A program made the translations under genes and the position numbers. Below are positions 7,752 to 18,985 of a stretch of DNA of 64,000 nucleotides, one piece after another (positions within the stretch are counted from its first letter, which is position 1; every line of letters begins with the position of its first letter). Source of the DNA: Escherichia phage 55. Under the pieces are notes generated by a model, which ran no database searches, had not been told where the DNA came from, and saw only the letters and a program-made list of their open reading frames with translations. Location of the stretch: the sequence record OQ599310; one strand, given 5' to 3'.

Positions 7752-10700
7752 TTATGCTAAACGAACGATATAGTTAAAAGCAACGTTTTTAACTGTGTTT
7801 TCTGTATTTCCTGTGGCATTTACAGTTATTGTATGTCCATGGGAACCAATTGCAACAGTATGAGAATGAGCACCAATACCTACCGAATGGGTATGAGCAC
7901 CAATACCTACCGTATGAGCATGGTTACCCGTAGAGCTAGTAGTTCCTGACCAACTATGGGTGTGGGCACCGTCATTTGATGTTTTACCGACCTTAGTTGC
8001 TAAAGTCGAACCAGTGATACCTGAGTTAATTTTAGCATATGAGTTTGCACCTATCGTAGTAACCCCGTCTCTAAACAAACCGTCTGCCCATGCAGCAATG
8101 ACCTGTGGACCTGAACGCGCGTGTTGGTGAGCTCCTGCGGAACTAGTATTACCACTCACTGTATGGGTATGGTTACCAGTGGTATTACTGGTCTTAGTAC
8201 CATAATCAAATCTTGAAGTCGTTTTGCTACCGTAATCAAAACTAGAAGTGGTCTTAGTACCCAAATCTGTGCTTGATGCACTTGCACTATGGCTATGTGA
8301 CTTAACACCGTCTGCTTCTGTACTTAATACAGCGCGCCCAGATGGTTTACCCTTGATAGTTTGACCACGCATATCAGGCAGAGCGCCAGAAGGATACACC
8401 GCAGCTAACTTAGGATACAAGCCAGTATCAAATGTTTGGCCTTCCATTATGGCATAACCTTCAGGAGGTGTATCAGTAGGCCAAGGAATCGGAGCACCAA
8501 TTGGATAACTTGAGACAATATCAGTTTTAAGTGATTCAATTGTACTATTTAAGTTGGCAAAATTACCAGAACCACCAGTAATGTTACCGTCTGTACCTAA
8601 ATAAACTGAACCCCCAGCAGAAATGCGCTTAGGAGATATAAAATCACCAGAACGTGTAAATTCCCAGCCTAAATCTTTTATAGTTGCGCCTGTTGAACTT
8701 CCGTCTCCACCTTCATGATAATGAACTCTGAAGTTACCGCCATTTATTAAAGTACCTAAAGAATAACAGCTATTTCCTTGAACATAACGTTGTTTTAAAA
8801 TAGGAACGTAAGTACTTGTATCTGTGCGATTAATATTCATATAGAACGGAGCACGAACGTTTTCATTATTTTGTGAAGCAAAAGACCCTGCACCAGCCGG
8901 GCGAACGGTGTCAGTACATTCAGCATCAATATAAGCTGCTTGTCCTACCTGCATACGGTAATTAGGAGAAATACGACTATGACTAGTAACAACAACAAGT
9001 TTGTTATCATTGTCCACAGTAATCATATTACCGCCAGCGCCATCATCGCCTAACGTGACAGAATGGCGCATTTGTACCATACCATTATTAAGACTAATAC
9101 TTAATGGACGGAGATTGCTTATTCCACCTGATTCTCCAGCATCTTTAGGAGTCGGGATAATATGCAATGCCGCCTCTGAACGACGGAAAATAGCACCATA
9201 TTCAGCATTCCAAATTCTTAACGCATCTGCAGTTCCGCCAAACTTAGCCTGGCCATTTACTGTCATGCCATTATTAACACTCAAAGAAGATTCAGTTGTA
9301 ATAGAACCAGAAGCAACAATACTACCTGAAGTTAATAAACCGCCATTAACTCGGAATTGAATAGGTCCGACAGTAGAACCTACACCAGGAGCAACTCGTT
9401 GAGAATAAAAATGGTAACCTTGTCCATCTGATACTTCAAAAACTGTTTCACGGGAATGATCGCCAGATGCGTTAAAGGCATTACCCCATGCTTTAACAGT
9501 TACATAACTCTTATTCTGGCCTGCTCGAGTGCCGCCTTCCCAAAGGATTTGTTTGGTGCCATCAATCGTGGTAGTTGCTGAAAAAGTCAAACCTGCTGTT
9601 GAGTTATTAGCTGCTAAATATACGCCGTTATATATTGAAAGCTGCTTAACAGATGTAATACCGCCATCAGCATAAAACCTTACATTATTAGCGCCTGTTA
9701 CTAGTTTAAGAACACCGGGGTTAATTTCCATACCTTCTTGGGTATTAATATTCATTTGGCCTTTACCGCGGAAATAGTGCGACATTTTTCCACCAGAGTT
9801 ATAGCCAATATGCGTCCGACCGTCCCCTGCGTTATTCACATCCGCTTGAGTTTGGACTGATAAAAATGCAGCATTAGTACCAGGCATAATCCATGTAGTG
9901 CCTTGGTCTTCTGAACGTCCAAATAACGCTTTACGAGTACTACGGAAACTGTCAGGAGTAATAGAAGCAACAGAATAACCACCGCCAACTAAATCATAAA
10001 CTCCTTGTTTAATATATTTCAGACCTGTTACAGTGTCACCGAGAACAAGATACTTATCGCCCATTACACCGACGTTACCATAATCGCTAGACGGGAAATC
10101 TGTAGTGAATGTACCTAATGCAAGGCTATTACGGCCAGCCATTCGACCATCATTACGAATACCATACTGTTTTGACTGTGGAGTATTACCTGTCCACCAA
10201 GACATTTCATCAGCTTGGCCTAATTGAGCAGTACAAAGCTCATGCCACATAGTGCCACCGGATTTGGCACGAACTCTACGAAGATAGTTTACACCATTCG
10301 TTTCACCGGTGCCTGGGTATACATAGTTAACTAATGAATCCGTATCATATACACCAAAGGCTTTTCCACCGTGAATAACTGTATCAACTGCAATGCGTTT
10401 AGTTACTAACGAATCTGATGCTAAAATACGGTTAGCCTGAAATTCGCCTCCATTTATAGAACGGAAATAGAATTCACTATTAGTAGTGCTTCCTGTTCCT
10501 TGTCTAACCCTAAGGCGTATTTCACCATCAGTTGTAGTTTGAGGACGAGCATATATAACGCCTCGTTCAGTGCCATCGGCATTTTCAAACCATAAATGGG
10601 CATTTGCAGTATCGTTTGTTGCTCTTGTATAAAATGAACCCTGTGTAGATCTGAAAACTTTTGCAGTTACGCCATCAGTAGAACCAATTGGTCCGTTTAC

Positions 10701-10943
10701 AGTCATTCCACCTGTTTGTACATAATCGCCATTTAATCTCAAAAGTCCGTTAATAGTAACGTTGCCGTCAACTTGCCCGCCCTTAGCAAAGCCTAGGCTA
10801 ATAATATTACCGAGGTCATCTTTAGTAAAAAGAGTTCGATCCTTTAAGTTTATCGCTAATTCGCCTTCGGCTAATTGTGCTGCAGTAGGATTAACTCCTG
10901 CCACTTTGCTTCTTTTAAATTGTATCTGTTTTAATGTAGCCAT
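7752..10943 (-). CDS. 37: gp37 long tail fibre distal subunit (receptor-binding tip)
   Basis: 1063 aa; C-terminal His-x-His repeats ([25 protein letters not shown]) as in T4 gp37; position between 36 and 38. Confidence 0.93.
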   Translation of the reverse strand: MATLKQIQFKRSKVAGVNPTAAQLAEGELAINLKDRTLFTKDDLGNIISLGFAKGGQVDGNVTINGLLRLNGDYVQTGGMTVNGPIGSTDGVTAKVFRSTQGSFYTRATNDTANAHLWFENADGTERGVIYARPQTTTDGEIRLRVRQGTGSTTNSEFYFRSINGGEFQANRILASDSLVTKRIAVDTVIHGGKAFGVYDTDSLVNYVYPGTGETNGVNYLRRVRAKSGGTMWHELCTAQLGQADEMSWWTGNTPQSKQYGIRNDGRMAGRNSLALGTFTTDFPSSDYGNVGVMGDKYLVLGDTVTGLKYIKQGVYDLVGGGYSVASITPDSFRSTRKALFGRSEDQGTTWIMPGTNAAFLSVQTQADVNNAGDGRTHIGYNSGGKMSHYFRGKGQMNINTQEGMEINPGVLKLVTGANNVRFYADGGITSVKQLSIYNGVYLAANNSTAGLTFSATTTIDGTKQILWEGGTRAGQNKSYVTVKAWGNAFNASGDHSRETVFEVSDGQGYHFYSQRVAPGVGSTVGPIQFRVNGGLLTSGSIVASGSITTESSLSVNNGMTVNGQAKFGGTADALRIWNAEYGAIFRRSEAALHIIPTPKDAGESGGISNLRPLSISLNNGMVQMRHSVTLGDDGAGGNMITVDNDNKLVVVTSHSRISPNYRMQVGQAAYIDAECTDTVRPAGAGSFASQNNENVRAPFYMNINRTDTSTYVPILKQRYVQGNSCYSLGTLINGGNFRVHYHEGGDGSSTGATIKDLGWEFTRSGDFISPKRISAGGSVYLGTDGNITGGSGNFANLNSTIESLKTDIVSSYPIGAPIPWPTDTPPEGYAIMEGQTFDTGLYPKLAAVYPSGALPDMRGQTIKGKPSGRAVLSTEADGVKSHSHSASASSTDLGTKTTSSFDYGSKTTSRFDYGTKTSNTTGNHTHTVSGNTSSAGAHQHARSGPQVIAAWADGLFRDGVTTIGANSYAKINSGITGSTLATKVGKTSNDGAHTHSWSGTTSSTGNHAHTVGIGAHTHSVGIGAHSHTVAIGSHGHTITVNATGNTENTVKNVAFNYIVRLA

Positions 10944-10951
10944 AAGTCCTC

Positions 10952-11617
10952 TTAATAATAGCCGAAATCTTGAACAGAATCTTTAATTACAATCTGGTCG
11001 AAACGAGGAACATGATTAGCCTCAGACGCCGGATTCTGTGAGAAAAAGTTTGGTGCTGTTAAAGTACCAGTCATGGTATCGCCTTTACGCAATACACGGG
11101 AATTTGCGTTATCCGTAACAATATTTATTCGTCCATCAACATAGTCCTTTCTAGTAAGGTCATTCGCTGCTATAGGAGCAGCTGCATCACTTCTTACTTG
11201 ACCTGCCGCAGACACAACACCTTTTGTATTAATATCACCATTACGTGCATTAATTACAACAGTTCGGGCTGCTGAACCTTGCGATGATTTAAAACCAATA
11301 CCATTCCATGAAACAATATCGATATTTGCTACAGCAAAAGTAGCATTATCACCGTTACCTGGATAAATACCGCACGGGTTTGTGTTGTTTACAGCATACG
11401 GGACTTGAACGCCGCCGTTAAATGTTACCTTTGATGCATACGTACCACCATTAGCTTTAGAAACGAAATCGTTATCAGCCGCTTGTGGTTTATTATATTC
11501 TGAATAGAGTTTAAACGTTTTATACAGGACGTCATCACCTGCTGGCATTAAAGGGAAATTACCTTGATGCCATATAACAGCACCGCCAGTTGTACTACCA
11601 GCTTTTAAATCGGCCAT
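10952..11617 (-). CDS. 36: gp36 long tail fibre hinge connector
   Basis: 221 aa, same size and position as T4 gp36. Confidence 0.88.
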   Translation of the reverse strand: MADLKAGSTTGGAVIWHQGNFPLMPAGDDVLYKTFKLYSEYNKPQAADNDFVSKANGGTYASKVTFNGGVQVPYAVNNTNPCGIYPGNGDNATFAVANIDIVSWNGIGFKSSQGSAARTVVINARNGDINTKGVVSAAGQVRSDAAAPIAANDLTRKDYVDGRINIVTDNANSRVLRKGDTMTGTLTAPNFFSQNPASEANHVPRFDQIVIKDSVQDFGYY

Positions 11618-11642
11618 AGTTGTCTCCTTATATGTATACCAT

Positions 11643-11650
11643 ATTTATAC
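11643..11650 (-). promoter_or_regulatory. late promoter TATAAATA for gene 36
   Basis: Reverse complement of tatttata 11643-11650, just upstream of the gene 36 start at 11617. Confidence 0.55.
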
Positions 11651-11656
11651 AAAAAT

Positions 11657-11674
11657 GGGAGACCGAAGTCTCCC
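11657..11674. terminator. hairpin GGGAGAC-cgaa-GTCTCCC after gene 35
   Basis: Perfect 7-bp stem with tetraloop; same hairpin sequence recurs at 59266-59283. Confidence 0.6.
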
Positions 11675-11679
11675 TAAAT

Positions 11680-12807
11680 TTATTCTGATGCTTCTTTAAA
11701 TTCTTGTCCAAATACCTTACCAGTATTAGTTGAAGATTGAGTAGGTAATGTCATTATGTCTGGAGCACTTAAAGATTCTGAAACATAATTTACACGAATA
11801 CCATTTATACCAAACTCAGCAGGTTTTGAAACGCTTCCATTGCATGATACTTCAGTGAATATAACGTTTCTTAATCCACCTTGCCCGACTGGAGCTGTAC
11901 GATAACAATAAATCGTGAACCCGTCAGCACCAGCAGGAATTTCTATGTAGTCTTCATATATCTTCCATTCACCTGCAGCCCCATCAAAGTTTGTATCCTT
12001 AAATGAAATAGGTGAAGTAGAAGGAGATTTAAAGAAACGAATAGAAAGTCGTGTCGTCCCTTGTGCTAACAAATCGGCATCAGCCATTAGTTGGAATTTC
12101 ATATAAAGGAAATCTCCAGGCTTCAATTTATACCCAGCGAGAGGTGTAATAACGGACGTTGTAGGCATCCTTTTAATTTCGTTATTAGTACCTCCAATGG
12201 CAGATAAAAATGTGTCTGACGATTCATATGTACGTCTAGGGAAGCCGGTCGCACCAATATCATCGATCGTGTCGTACACAACATCAAGTGGTGTACTATA
12301 GTCGGTTGAAGTTTTCTTATTACTATACTTAATATGTTCTAGCGCTATAGCATTCTTACCAGAAATATAAAATGCAGAATAAGAAATGTCCACTATATTT
12401 AAAACTTGTTGAGCTAATGGAATAGCAGAACTCCCAGCTTTAGTAAACCATGCAAGAACTTCTGGTGGAAAGTTTGTTTTAGCGTTAGTAACAAGAGCAA
12501 ATATAAAATTTGAAGCATATGTGTCCATGAAAGTAACAAATGCACTTGACGTGGCGTCGTTTTCAGTAGAGAAATTATATGACTTAGATTCAACTACTGC
12601 ACCTGTTGTAGGATTTATTACACGAACGTTTAATCCAACGGAAAAAACCTGGGACCCAAGTGGATTATCTTGGAACTTAATATAAGTAGGAGATGTTGAT
12701 AGCGGACAAGAGCCCGCTATGCTTAATTTAAATCGTACTGAATTGCTTTCCGATAAAAATGGCGTTTGGACGTATCCTTGTCCAAACTTAGCCATAAATT
12801 TTTCCAT
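11680..12807 (-). CDS. 35: gp35 long tail fibre hinge
   Basis: 375 aa; size and position as T4 gp35. Confidence 0.88.
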   Translation of the reverse strand: MEKFMAKFGQGYVQTPFLSESNSVRFKLSIAGSCPLSTSPTYIKFQDNPLGSQVFSVGLNVRVINPTTGAVVESKSYNFSTENDATSSAFVTFMDTYASNFIFALVTNAKTNFPPEVLAWFTKAGSSAIPLAQQVLNIVDISYSAFYISGKNAIALEHIKYSNKKTSTDYSTPLDVVYDTIDDIGATGFPRRTYESSDTFLSAIGGTNNEIKRMPTTSVITPLAGYKLKPGDFLYMKFQLMADADLLAQGTTRLSIRFFKSPSTSPISFKDTNFDGAAGEWKIYEDYIEIPAGADGFTIYCYRTAPVGQGGLRNVIFTEVSCNGSVSKPAEFGINGIRVNYVSESLSAPDIMTLPTQSSTNTGKVFGQEFKEASE

Positions 12808-12815
12808 AATACCTC

Positions 12816-15800
12816 TTATTCAATCCACTCAAATTTAACAGATTTATTCACAGGGTCTGGAATAATGCGGACATTACCAATCCTTAAGAAATCCCTTATT
12901 GTCAAGTTTCCGATTGTTGCATTATCAGAAGGTAAAGCACCAATATCAGAAGGTTGAGGAGGGTTTCCACCATCAAATACCTGAACAAAACTTGACCAAG
13001 AATTTTTAGTTTTCTGCCATGTACGAGTCCAACGGGTTGTACGTGCTTCCGGTGTCGTTGGATAAGTAATCCAATCTTGGTAAAGAGAATCAAGCGTATT
13101 ACCAAATTGAGTCAAAGTACCAGGAGATTTAACTTCTTCACCACGTTCTAAATATGGAAGCCCAGTCACTTCATTAGTTTTTTCAACCATTTTAAAATAA
13201 CCCGGGAACTGGTTATAAGTGGCTGAATCGTTAATATCGATTGACCAGAATCCTACATTATCAGATGTTGGCGCACGGGTATATAAATCGGATGTTTTAG
13301 TACCCTGAGAACGAATTCTCGAGTTAACAGTCAAACCGCCAGAATTTATAGTAGCACCATTGGCAATGATTAAGCCTTCACCAATTGTAATCTGACCGGA
13401 TTTGTTATTAATTGATAATGGACGTAATCCATTAAATCCACCAGTCTGATCACCAGATGCAGTAAGCATAAAATATGTGCTGCCGCCATCATTGCGAATA
13501 AAGAATCCGTAATCACCACTAATTACTCTGAAAGCATTTGCAGACTTGCTAATGAATTCACCATTGGCTGTAACTGAACGACCAAATGTTGCAACGCCAT
13601 TCGCATTTAACGTGCCTGAAGCGTTAACATTTATTGGCATCACAGTACCATTGATACTAAACGTTATATTCCCAGCTTTATTACGTTGAGAATAAAAGTG
13701 ATTAGATGTTTCATCGCCGACTTCAAATACAGTAGAACGCGTTGTATCTGAACCACCACCAAATTCATTTCCCCAAACTCTGATAGTCATCGTTTGAGCA
13801 GGATTTGTTCCAGTTTGAGGTCCTTTCTCAAAAATCAGACGAGTTGCCGTTCCAGTATTAGAAATAGTTAATGTACTATTTGCCGAAACTGAACCACCAA
13901 ACGTAGCAGTACTAGATGATACAAGAGGGGCACTCAGATTCGTTTGTTGGGTTAAGGTTAGTGAACCATTAACCGTCTGTGCAATGTCCCTACGAATGAA
14001 CTGAGATGAATCTAGACCATCTAATAAATTACTATCTACGGCTTTAGCTTTCAATGGCAAATAGTTAGCAAGTACACGGTTTAATTCATATGGAGATATA
14101 GCATAGCTATTTTTTTCATATGATTCTAAAGGTTGTGTTGAACCAACTGTATCATTACCAACGAATGTAATAGAACCAGATGAAGTTTTAACGAATCCAC
14201 GAATCGCCGTAGTAGCAGCCCATGTTGGTTCAGACTGGACAATCCATTTTAAATTCTTAGGAGATACAGCAGTATTAGCAGAAGTTCCTGTTACAGTTTC
14301 AGCCCGAGTAGCAACCTTAATTACGCCTTCAGACGTTTCAGTGGACTTAGTCCCTAAAAGCTTTTTAGGAGTAATAAGAACATCATCTAAAGTTCCTGCA
14401 TTAGATTCTGCCTGGGTCGCTACGCGAAGCGTACCACGTTGTGTTTCATTTGCTTTAGAAATATCAAGAGTATAATGGTTCCACAAGGTTCCTTCTTCAA
14501 TAAGTCCGGAATCAGAATTAACACTGGTACGGTCAGAAGAATCAAAATGAGTTTTAATTTTCAGTGGAGTTGAGATACGAGTATCGTCAGTTCCAGTATC
14601 AAATTCAACTTGCGTAGCAAGTTCGGCTATGCCGGATAATCCTTCCGTAGCTTTCCTATCATTTAATGTCTTAGGCGTTACTGCACGTGTATAATCAGTC
14701 CCAGCATTAGTTTCTGCTTGCGTAGCAATTTCAATTAAACCAATACGTCCATCAGTAGAAGTTTTCTTATGTAGTGTTTCAGGAGTTACTACAGCGTGAG
14801 AATAACCTGCTTGTGATTGACCAGCAATTACTTCACTATCAACAGCTAAAATTACTGCACCTTGTTGAGCATAAGTTGCTTTATATTGGTCAAGGGCTTT
14901 AGGAGAAATAGTTAACGTGGTTGTGTCTTTATTATAAACATTAGTGCCTGCAGCTCCACGAGTCGCGGCAGGTGTAGCAGAAGTAGTTGATACATATTTA
15001 ACTATACCAGATAGTGTTTCAGAACCCTGACGTGCCTGTAATTTCTTAGGTGTAATAATCGTTGTGTCATCAAGACCAGCATCTGTTTCAACCTGAGTAG
15101 CAATTTCAGCAAGACCGCGACGAGTTTCAGTTGCTGTACGCTCATTTAGTTTTTTAGGCGTAACAATAGTATCATCTACAAATGTTGCTGTGGAATTCTG
15201 GTTAACTTGTGCTGTTGTAGCAATTTTAGCGATACCACGTCGAGCTTCAGTTGCTGTACGATTTGCCAATGTTTCAGGAGTAATAGCCACTTCTTTAGCT
15301 GGAGTATTCTCTAAATCAACATTTGCTTGCGCTTGAGTAGCAAGAGCAATAACACCTAAACGAGCTCGTGTAGCATCAGTTCCAGCATCAACACGTTCTA
15401 CCGTAGGGACATTCTGTTGCACAACCCAATAACGTGTACCAGCAACGGTGTCTTCGATATACGCTAATTCTAATACAGGAACATATGAAGTAGTGCCATT
15501 GAATTCTAGTTCAGTAACAGAGACCCATTGAGCATCAGGTGGATATTCAGAACGTTTAGGGAACTGAAGCAATGCAACAGTGGAAGCAATTGTATCACCT
15601 TCGGCAGCTTTAATTTTTACTGTTTGGCCTTTACGCATGTAGTTCATTGAAATTTTAACAGTGTCACCACTCAAAATTCCGGTAGGCAGCGTAAGATTAA
15701 TAGTTCCGGTTGTAGCGTTATTTGTGCCAAAGATAAGAACTTCTTCATTTGGACGAATATTTGAATCCGCACGGATAATACGAAGACGCGATTTCTGGTC

Positions 15801-16691
15801 GCCTTCCCATATACGCCATAAACTATTTGCAGCATCAAAAACAAAAAACGCGTCAGAGTCATTTCTGCCTTCGGCAATATGAGTCCCGACTTCACCAATA
15901 GACGTTGTATCATCAAATGTTTTAACAATTGTATGATACAGTGGGTTTAATCTATCTAAATCGACTAGGCTGATTATATCACCATTGTTAGCATTACGTG
16001 GAAGTGTAATGTTGATTGGTGCTGCACTAGTAAAACGACGAACGATAAAATCATTTGCTTGTGCTTGATATGGTGTCGCAGGTGTAACAGTGATTGATTC
16101 TTTACCATAATCGGTAATATACATCTGCCACAAACGATTACTAAACACAAACAATAGTTGTGAACGTGGGCGCGTCATTAAAACCGTACGAACTTGTTCA
16201 CCTCTAAAGTTTAAAATACTCTGTACAGACGCGTTAATCTGTACTTTAACTGTCCCGGTTCGTCCACCAATATCAGCCAAAACAACAGTATCACCATCAA
16301 CTGGAGTATTTGGCAATGTAAAAACCATATCATTGCCGGCACCAGTGTTAACCGAAATCGATTCACCTGAAGAAAGTTGACAAGTCCCAGAAGCGACAGT
16401 TATCCATTGTGCATCAGTACGAACTGCACGCCATTGTAAAAGGTTAAATGCCCCGGAAGGAGACACGATATCATTTATTGCTTGATATAAACGGTTGTCA
16501 TAAAGAACAACAAATCCTTTGTTATATCCACGCGTAGAATCATATACTTGAACGGTGTTTTCTTGTACCAGGAAGTCAACGTTTACGCCATCAGTACCTA
16601 CTGTACGGTCGGCTAATGCTACGTTAACAATCTTGTCGCCACCGGCGTCCAGACCGTCTTCGGCTCTGAACTTACGTTTGATGTCGGCCAT
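12816..16691 (-). CDS. 34: gp34 long tail fibre proximal subunit
   Basis: 1291 aa; size and position as T4 gp34 (about 1289 aa). Confidence 0.93.
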   Translation of the reverse strand: MADIKRKFRAEDGLDAGGDKIVNVALADRTVGTDGVNVDFLVQENTVQVYDSTRGYNKGFVVLYDNRLYQAINDIVSPSGAFNLLQWRAVRTDAQWITVASGTCQLSSGESISVNTGAGNDMVFTLPNTPVDGDTVVLADIGGRTGTVKVQINASVQSILNFRGEQVRTVLMTRPRSQLLFVFSNRLWQMYITDYGKESITVTPATPYQAQANDFIVRRFTSAAPINITLPRNANNGDIISLVDLDRLNPLYHTIVKTFDDTTSIGEVGTHIAEGRNDSDAFFVFDAANSLWRIWEGDQKSRLRIIRADSNIRPNEEVLIFGTNNATTGTINLTLPTGILSGDTVKISMNYMRKGQTVKIKAAEGDTIASTVALLQFPKRSEYPPDAQWVSVTELEFNGTTSYVPVLELAYIEDTVAGTRYWVVQQNVPTVERVDAGTDATRARLGVIALATQAQANVDLENTPAKEVAITPETLANRTATEARRGIAKIATTAQVNQNSTATFVDDTIVTPKKLNERTATETRRGLAEIATQVETDAGLDDTTIITPKKLQARQGSETLSGIVKYVSTTSATPAATRGAAGTNVYNKDTTTLTISPKALDQYKATYAQQGAVILAVDSEVIAGQSQAGYSHAVVTPETLHKKTSTDGRIGLIEIATQAETNAGTDYTRAVTPKTLNDRKATEGLSGIAELATQVEFDTGTDDTRISTPLKIKTHFDSSDRTSVNSDSGLIEEGTLWNHYTLDISKANETQRGTLRVATQAESNAGTLDDVLITPKKLLGTKSTETSEGVIKVATRAETVTGTSANTAVSPKNLKWIVQSEPTWAATTAIRGFVKTSSGSITFVGNDTVGSTQPLESYEKNSYAISPYELNRVLANYLPLKAKAVDSNLLDGLDSSQFIRRDIAQTVNGSLTLTQQTNLSAPLVSSSTATFGGSVSANSTLTISNTGTATRLIFEKGPQTGTNPAQTMTIRVWGNEFGGGSDTTRSTVFEVGDETSNHFYSQRNKAGNITFSINGTVMPINVNASGTLNANGVATFGRSVTANGEFISKSANAFRVISGDYGFFIRNDGGSTYFMLTASGDQTGGFNGLRPLSINNKSGQITIGEGLIIANGATINSGGLTVNSRIRSQGTKTSDLYTRAPTSDNVGFWSIDINDSATYNQFPGYFKMVEKTNEVTGLPYLERGEEVKSPGTLTQFGNTLDSLYQDWITYPTTPEARTTRWTRTWQKTKNSWSSFVQVFDGGNPPQPSDIGALPSDNATIGNLTIRDFLRIGNVRIIPDPVNKSVKFEWIE

Positions 16692-16721
16692 TCGTTTTTC
16701 CTTTATTGTTTCAATAATACT

Positions 16722-16729
16722 TATTTATA
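16722..16729 (-). promoter_or_regulatory. late promoter TATAAATA for gene 34
   Basis: Reverse complement of tatttata 16722-16729, about 30 bp upstream of the gene 34 start. Confidence 0.55.
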
Positions 16730-16732
16730 CCA

Positions 16733-16762
16733 GTTTACGCTTTCAAATGAGTGTGTTACTAT
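16733..16762 (+). promoter_or_regulatory. T4-type early promoter for rnh (GTTTAC, 18 bp, TGTGTTACTAT)
   Basis: GTTTAC 16733-16738; TACTAT 16757-16762; divergent from the gene 34 late promoter. Confidence 0.55.
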
Positions 16763-16794
16763 AGTCAAGTTGACTAACTGAACAAGAGGTTCAT

Positions 16795-17712
16795 ATGGAT
16801 TTAGAAATGATGTTGGATGAAGATTACAAAGAAGGTATTGCACTTGCTGACTTTAGTAACATTGCATTGGCAGCCGCATTAAACAACTTTGAAGACGGCG
16901 ATAAAATTACTGTTCCAATGGTTCGACATGTAATCTTGAACTCAATTCGTAAAAACGTAGTGATGTTCCGTAAGCAAGGCTACACAAAATTTGTATTGTG
17001 TATGGATAATGCTACTTCAGGTTATTGGCGTCGTGACTTTGCTTACTATTACAAGAAAAATCGTAAAACCGATCGTGAAGCTTCAAAGTGGGATTGGGAA
17101 GGATATTTTACTGCACTCCATCAAGTTGTTGATGAGATTAAGAAATACATGCCATACGTTGTAATGGATATTGACAAGTATGAAGCGGATGACCATATTG
17201 GTGTATTAACTAAATATTTGTCATTAGCTGGTCATAAGGTATGTATTGTTGCATCAGATGGTGACTTTACACAATTACACAAATATCCTAACGTTAAACA
17301 GTGGTCGCCACCACAGAAAAAATGGGTTAAAATTAAGAACGGTTCTGCTGAAATTGATTGCATGACTAAAATTCTTAAAGGTGACCGTAAGGATGGTGTT
17401 GCATCTGTTCGAGTTCGTGGCGACTTCCGGTTTACCAGAGTTGATGGTGAACGAACTCCAAGCATGAAAACATCAATTATTGAAGCAATTGCTAATGACC
17501 GTTCTCAAGCTGAAGTATTATTAAGTGCAGAAGAATATAAACGGTATCAAGAAAATTTGGTTCTCATTGATTTTGATTATATCCCTGATAATATTGCTTC
17601 AACCATTATAGAGTATTATAACTCATATAAACAACAACCTAAAGGCAAGATTTATTCATACTTTGTAAAATCTGGTCTTTCTAAATTAACAAGTGTAATT
17701 AATGAATTCTGA
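16795..17712 (+). CDS. rnh: RNase H (5'-3' exonuclease)
   Basis: 305 aa; same size and position as T4 RNase H. Confidence 0.9.
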   Translation: MDLEMMLDEDYKEGIALADFSNIALAAALNNFEDGDKITVPMVRHVILNSIRKNVVMFRKQGYTKFVLCMDNATSGYWRRDFAYYYKKNRKTDREASKWDWEGYFTALHQVVDEIKKYMPYVVMDIDKYEADDHIGVLTKYLSLAGHKVCIVASDGDFTQLHKYPNVKQWSPPQKKWVKIKNGSAEIDCMTKILKGDRKDGVASVRVRGDFRFTRVDGERTPSMKTSIIEAIANDRSQAEVLLSAEEYKRYQENLVLIDFDYIPDNIASTIIEYYNSYKQQPKGKIYSYFVKSGLSKLTSVINEF

Positions 17713-17719
17713 GGTAAAC

Positions 17720-17989
17720 ATGGCTAAGAAAGAAGCAGTTGAATTTAATCAAGATGTGCATGGTGAAGAACTGGCTAAACTAGTCAAGGAAGCTTCCGAT
17801 AACAAACTTAAAATTTCTGGTTATAATGAACTGATTAAAGACATTCGTACTCGTGCTAAAGAAGAGCTTGGCGTCGATGGAAAAATGTTTAATCGTTTGT
17901 TAGCTCTTTATCATAAAGACGCTCGTGACCAATTTGAAGCTGAAAACGAAGAGGTAGTCGAGCTTTATGACACAGTTTTCACTAAGTGA
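17720..17989 (+). CDS. dsbA: DsbA, double-stranded DNA-binding protein
   Basis: Start moved to internal ATG 17720 (SD gaggt); MAKKEAVEFNQDVHGEELAKLVKEASDNKLKISGYNELIKDIRTRAKEELGVDGKMFNRLLALYHKD matches remembered T4 DsbA. Confidence 0.85.
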   Translation: MAKKEAVEFNQDVHGEELAKLVKEASDNKLKISGYNELIKDIRTRAKEELGVDGKMFNRLLALYHKDARDQFEAENEEVVELYDTVFTK

Positions 17990-18305
17990 TATTAAACCGG
18001 TTGATGAGGCCGGTTTATCTGAACAAGAATTAGCAGTAAAACACGATAAAGATGATATCGCTAAATTGCTTGACCGACAAGAAAACGGATTCATTATCGA
18101 ATCCATGGTTGAACAATTTGGTATGTCTTATTTAGAAGCAACAACTGCTTTCTTGGAAGAAAATTCTATTCCAGAAACACAATTTGCTAAATTTATTCCT
18201 ACAGGAATTGTTGAAAAAATTACAAGCGAAGCAATTGACGAAAACATGCTTCGCCCATCAGTTGCTCGTGGTGAAAAAACTAATACGTTAGATTTCTTAT
18301 TATGA
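17967..18305 (+). CDS. 33: gp33 late transcription co-activator
   Basis: 112 aa; size and position as T4 gp33. Confidence 0.88.
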   Translation: MTQFSLSDIKPVDEAGLSEQELAVKHDKDDIAKLLDRQENGFIIESMVEQFGMSYLEATTAFLEENSIPETQFAKFIPTGIVEKITSEAIDENMLRPSVARGEKTNTLDFLL

Positions 18306-18985
18306 AATACGTTGTGTATAAAACTACCAATAAAATAAATGGTAAAATTTATATAGGCGTACACAAAAAACATAAAGAGAAAGATTGGTATATTGGATCA
18401 GGCCGCGCTATATTAGCGGCCAAAGCTAAATATGGACTAAAAAATTTTTATACCGAAATTCTTTATGAATATGATAATGACAAGGACGCCTATAAAAAAG
18501 AAGCAGAATTGGTTAACGAAGATTTTGTTTTGCGAGATGATACTTATAACTTAGTTCCCGGTGGTAAAGGTGGTCCTGGTAAAAAACAAAGTGATGAAGC
18601 TAAAAGGTCTATTTCACTTTCTAAATTAGGTAAACCTAGATCTGAAGAGACTAAGGCTAAAGTATCTAAAACAAGACTAGAAAGAAAAATACCGTCACCT
18701 AATAAGGGTAAGAAACTATCTGAAGCTCACAAATTGGCCTTGAGTAAAGTCCGAAAAGGGCGAAAAACGAATAAGCCGATGCCTGATTCAACCAAAGAAG
18801 CTCTTAGAATAGCAAATTCAAAGCCGCATTCTAAAGAAAGAACTATTAAAAAACAAAAACCTATAATTATTGATGGTATAAAATACGCCTCGTGTAAAGA
18901 AGTTTCAAATGTTTTTAATATTTCTGCGTCTTTAGTTACATATAGACTTAAATCTTCAAAATGGTCCGGATGGAAATATGATTAA
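18302..18985 (+). CDS. GIY-YIG homing endonuclease (Seg/I-TevI-like), free-standing
   Basis: N-terminal GIY..YIG motifs (NGKIYIGVH ... WYIGSG), central Lys/Ser-rich NUMOD-like repeats, C-terminal helix-turn-helix-like segment; ATGA overlap with gene 33 stop and 8-bp overlap with gene 59 start. Confidence 0.85.
   Translation: MKYVVYKTTNKINGKIYIGVHKKHKEKDWYIGSGRAILAAKAKYGLKNFYTEILYEYDNDKDAYKKEAELVNEDFVLRDDTYNLVPGGKGGPGKKQSDEAKRSISLSKLGKPRSEETKAKVSKTRLERKIPSPNKGKKLSEAHKLALSKVRKGRKTNKPMPDSTKEALRIANSKPHSKERTIKKQKPIIIDGIKYASCKEVSNVFNISASLVTYRLKSSKWSGWKYD

Noticed and set aside
9001-9360. Plus-strand ORF (119 aa) inside gene 37, and similar antisense or out-of-frame ORFs inside large genes (e.g. 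2194-2430, 15661-15928, 45530-45859, 47536-48035, 61206-61639)
   Set aside because: Fully embedded in strongly supported genes on the other strand or frame, with low-complexity composition and no RBS; most likely chance ORFs.
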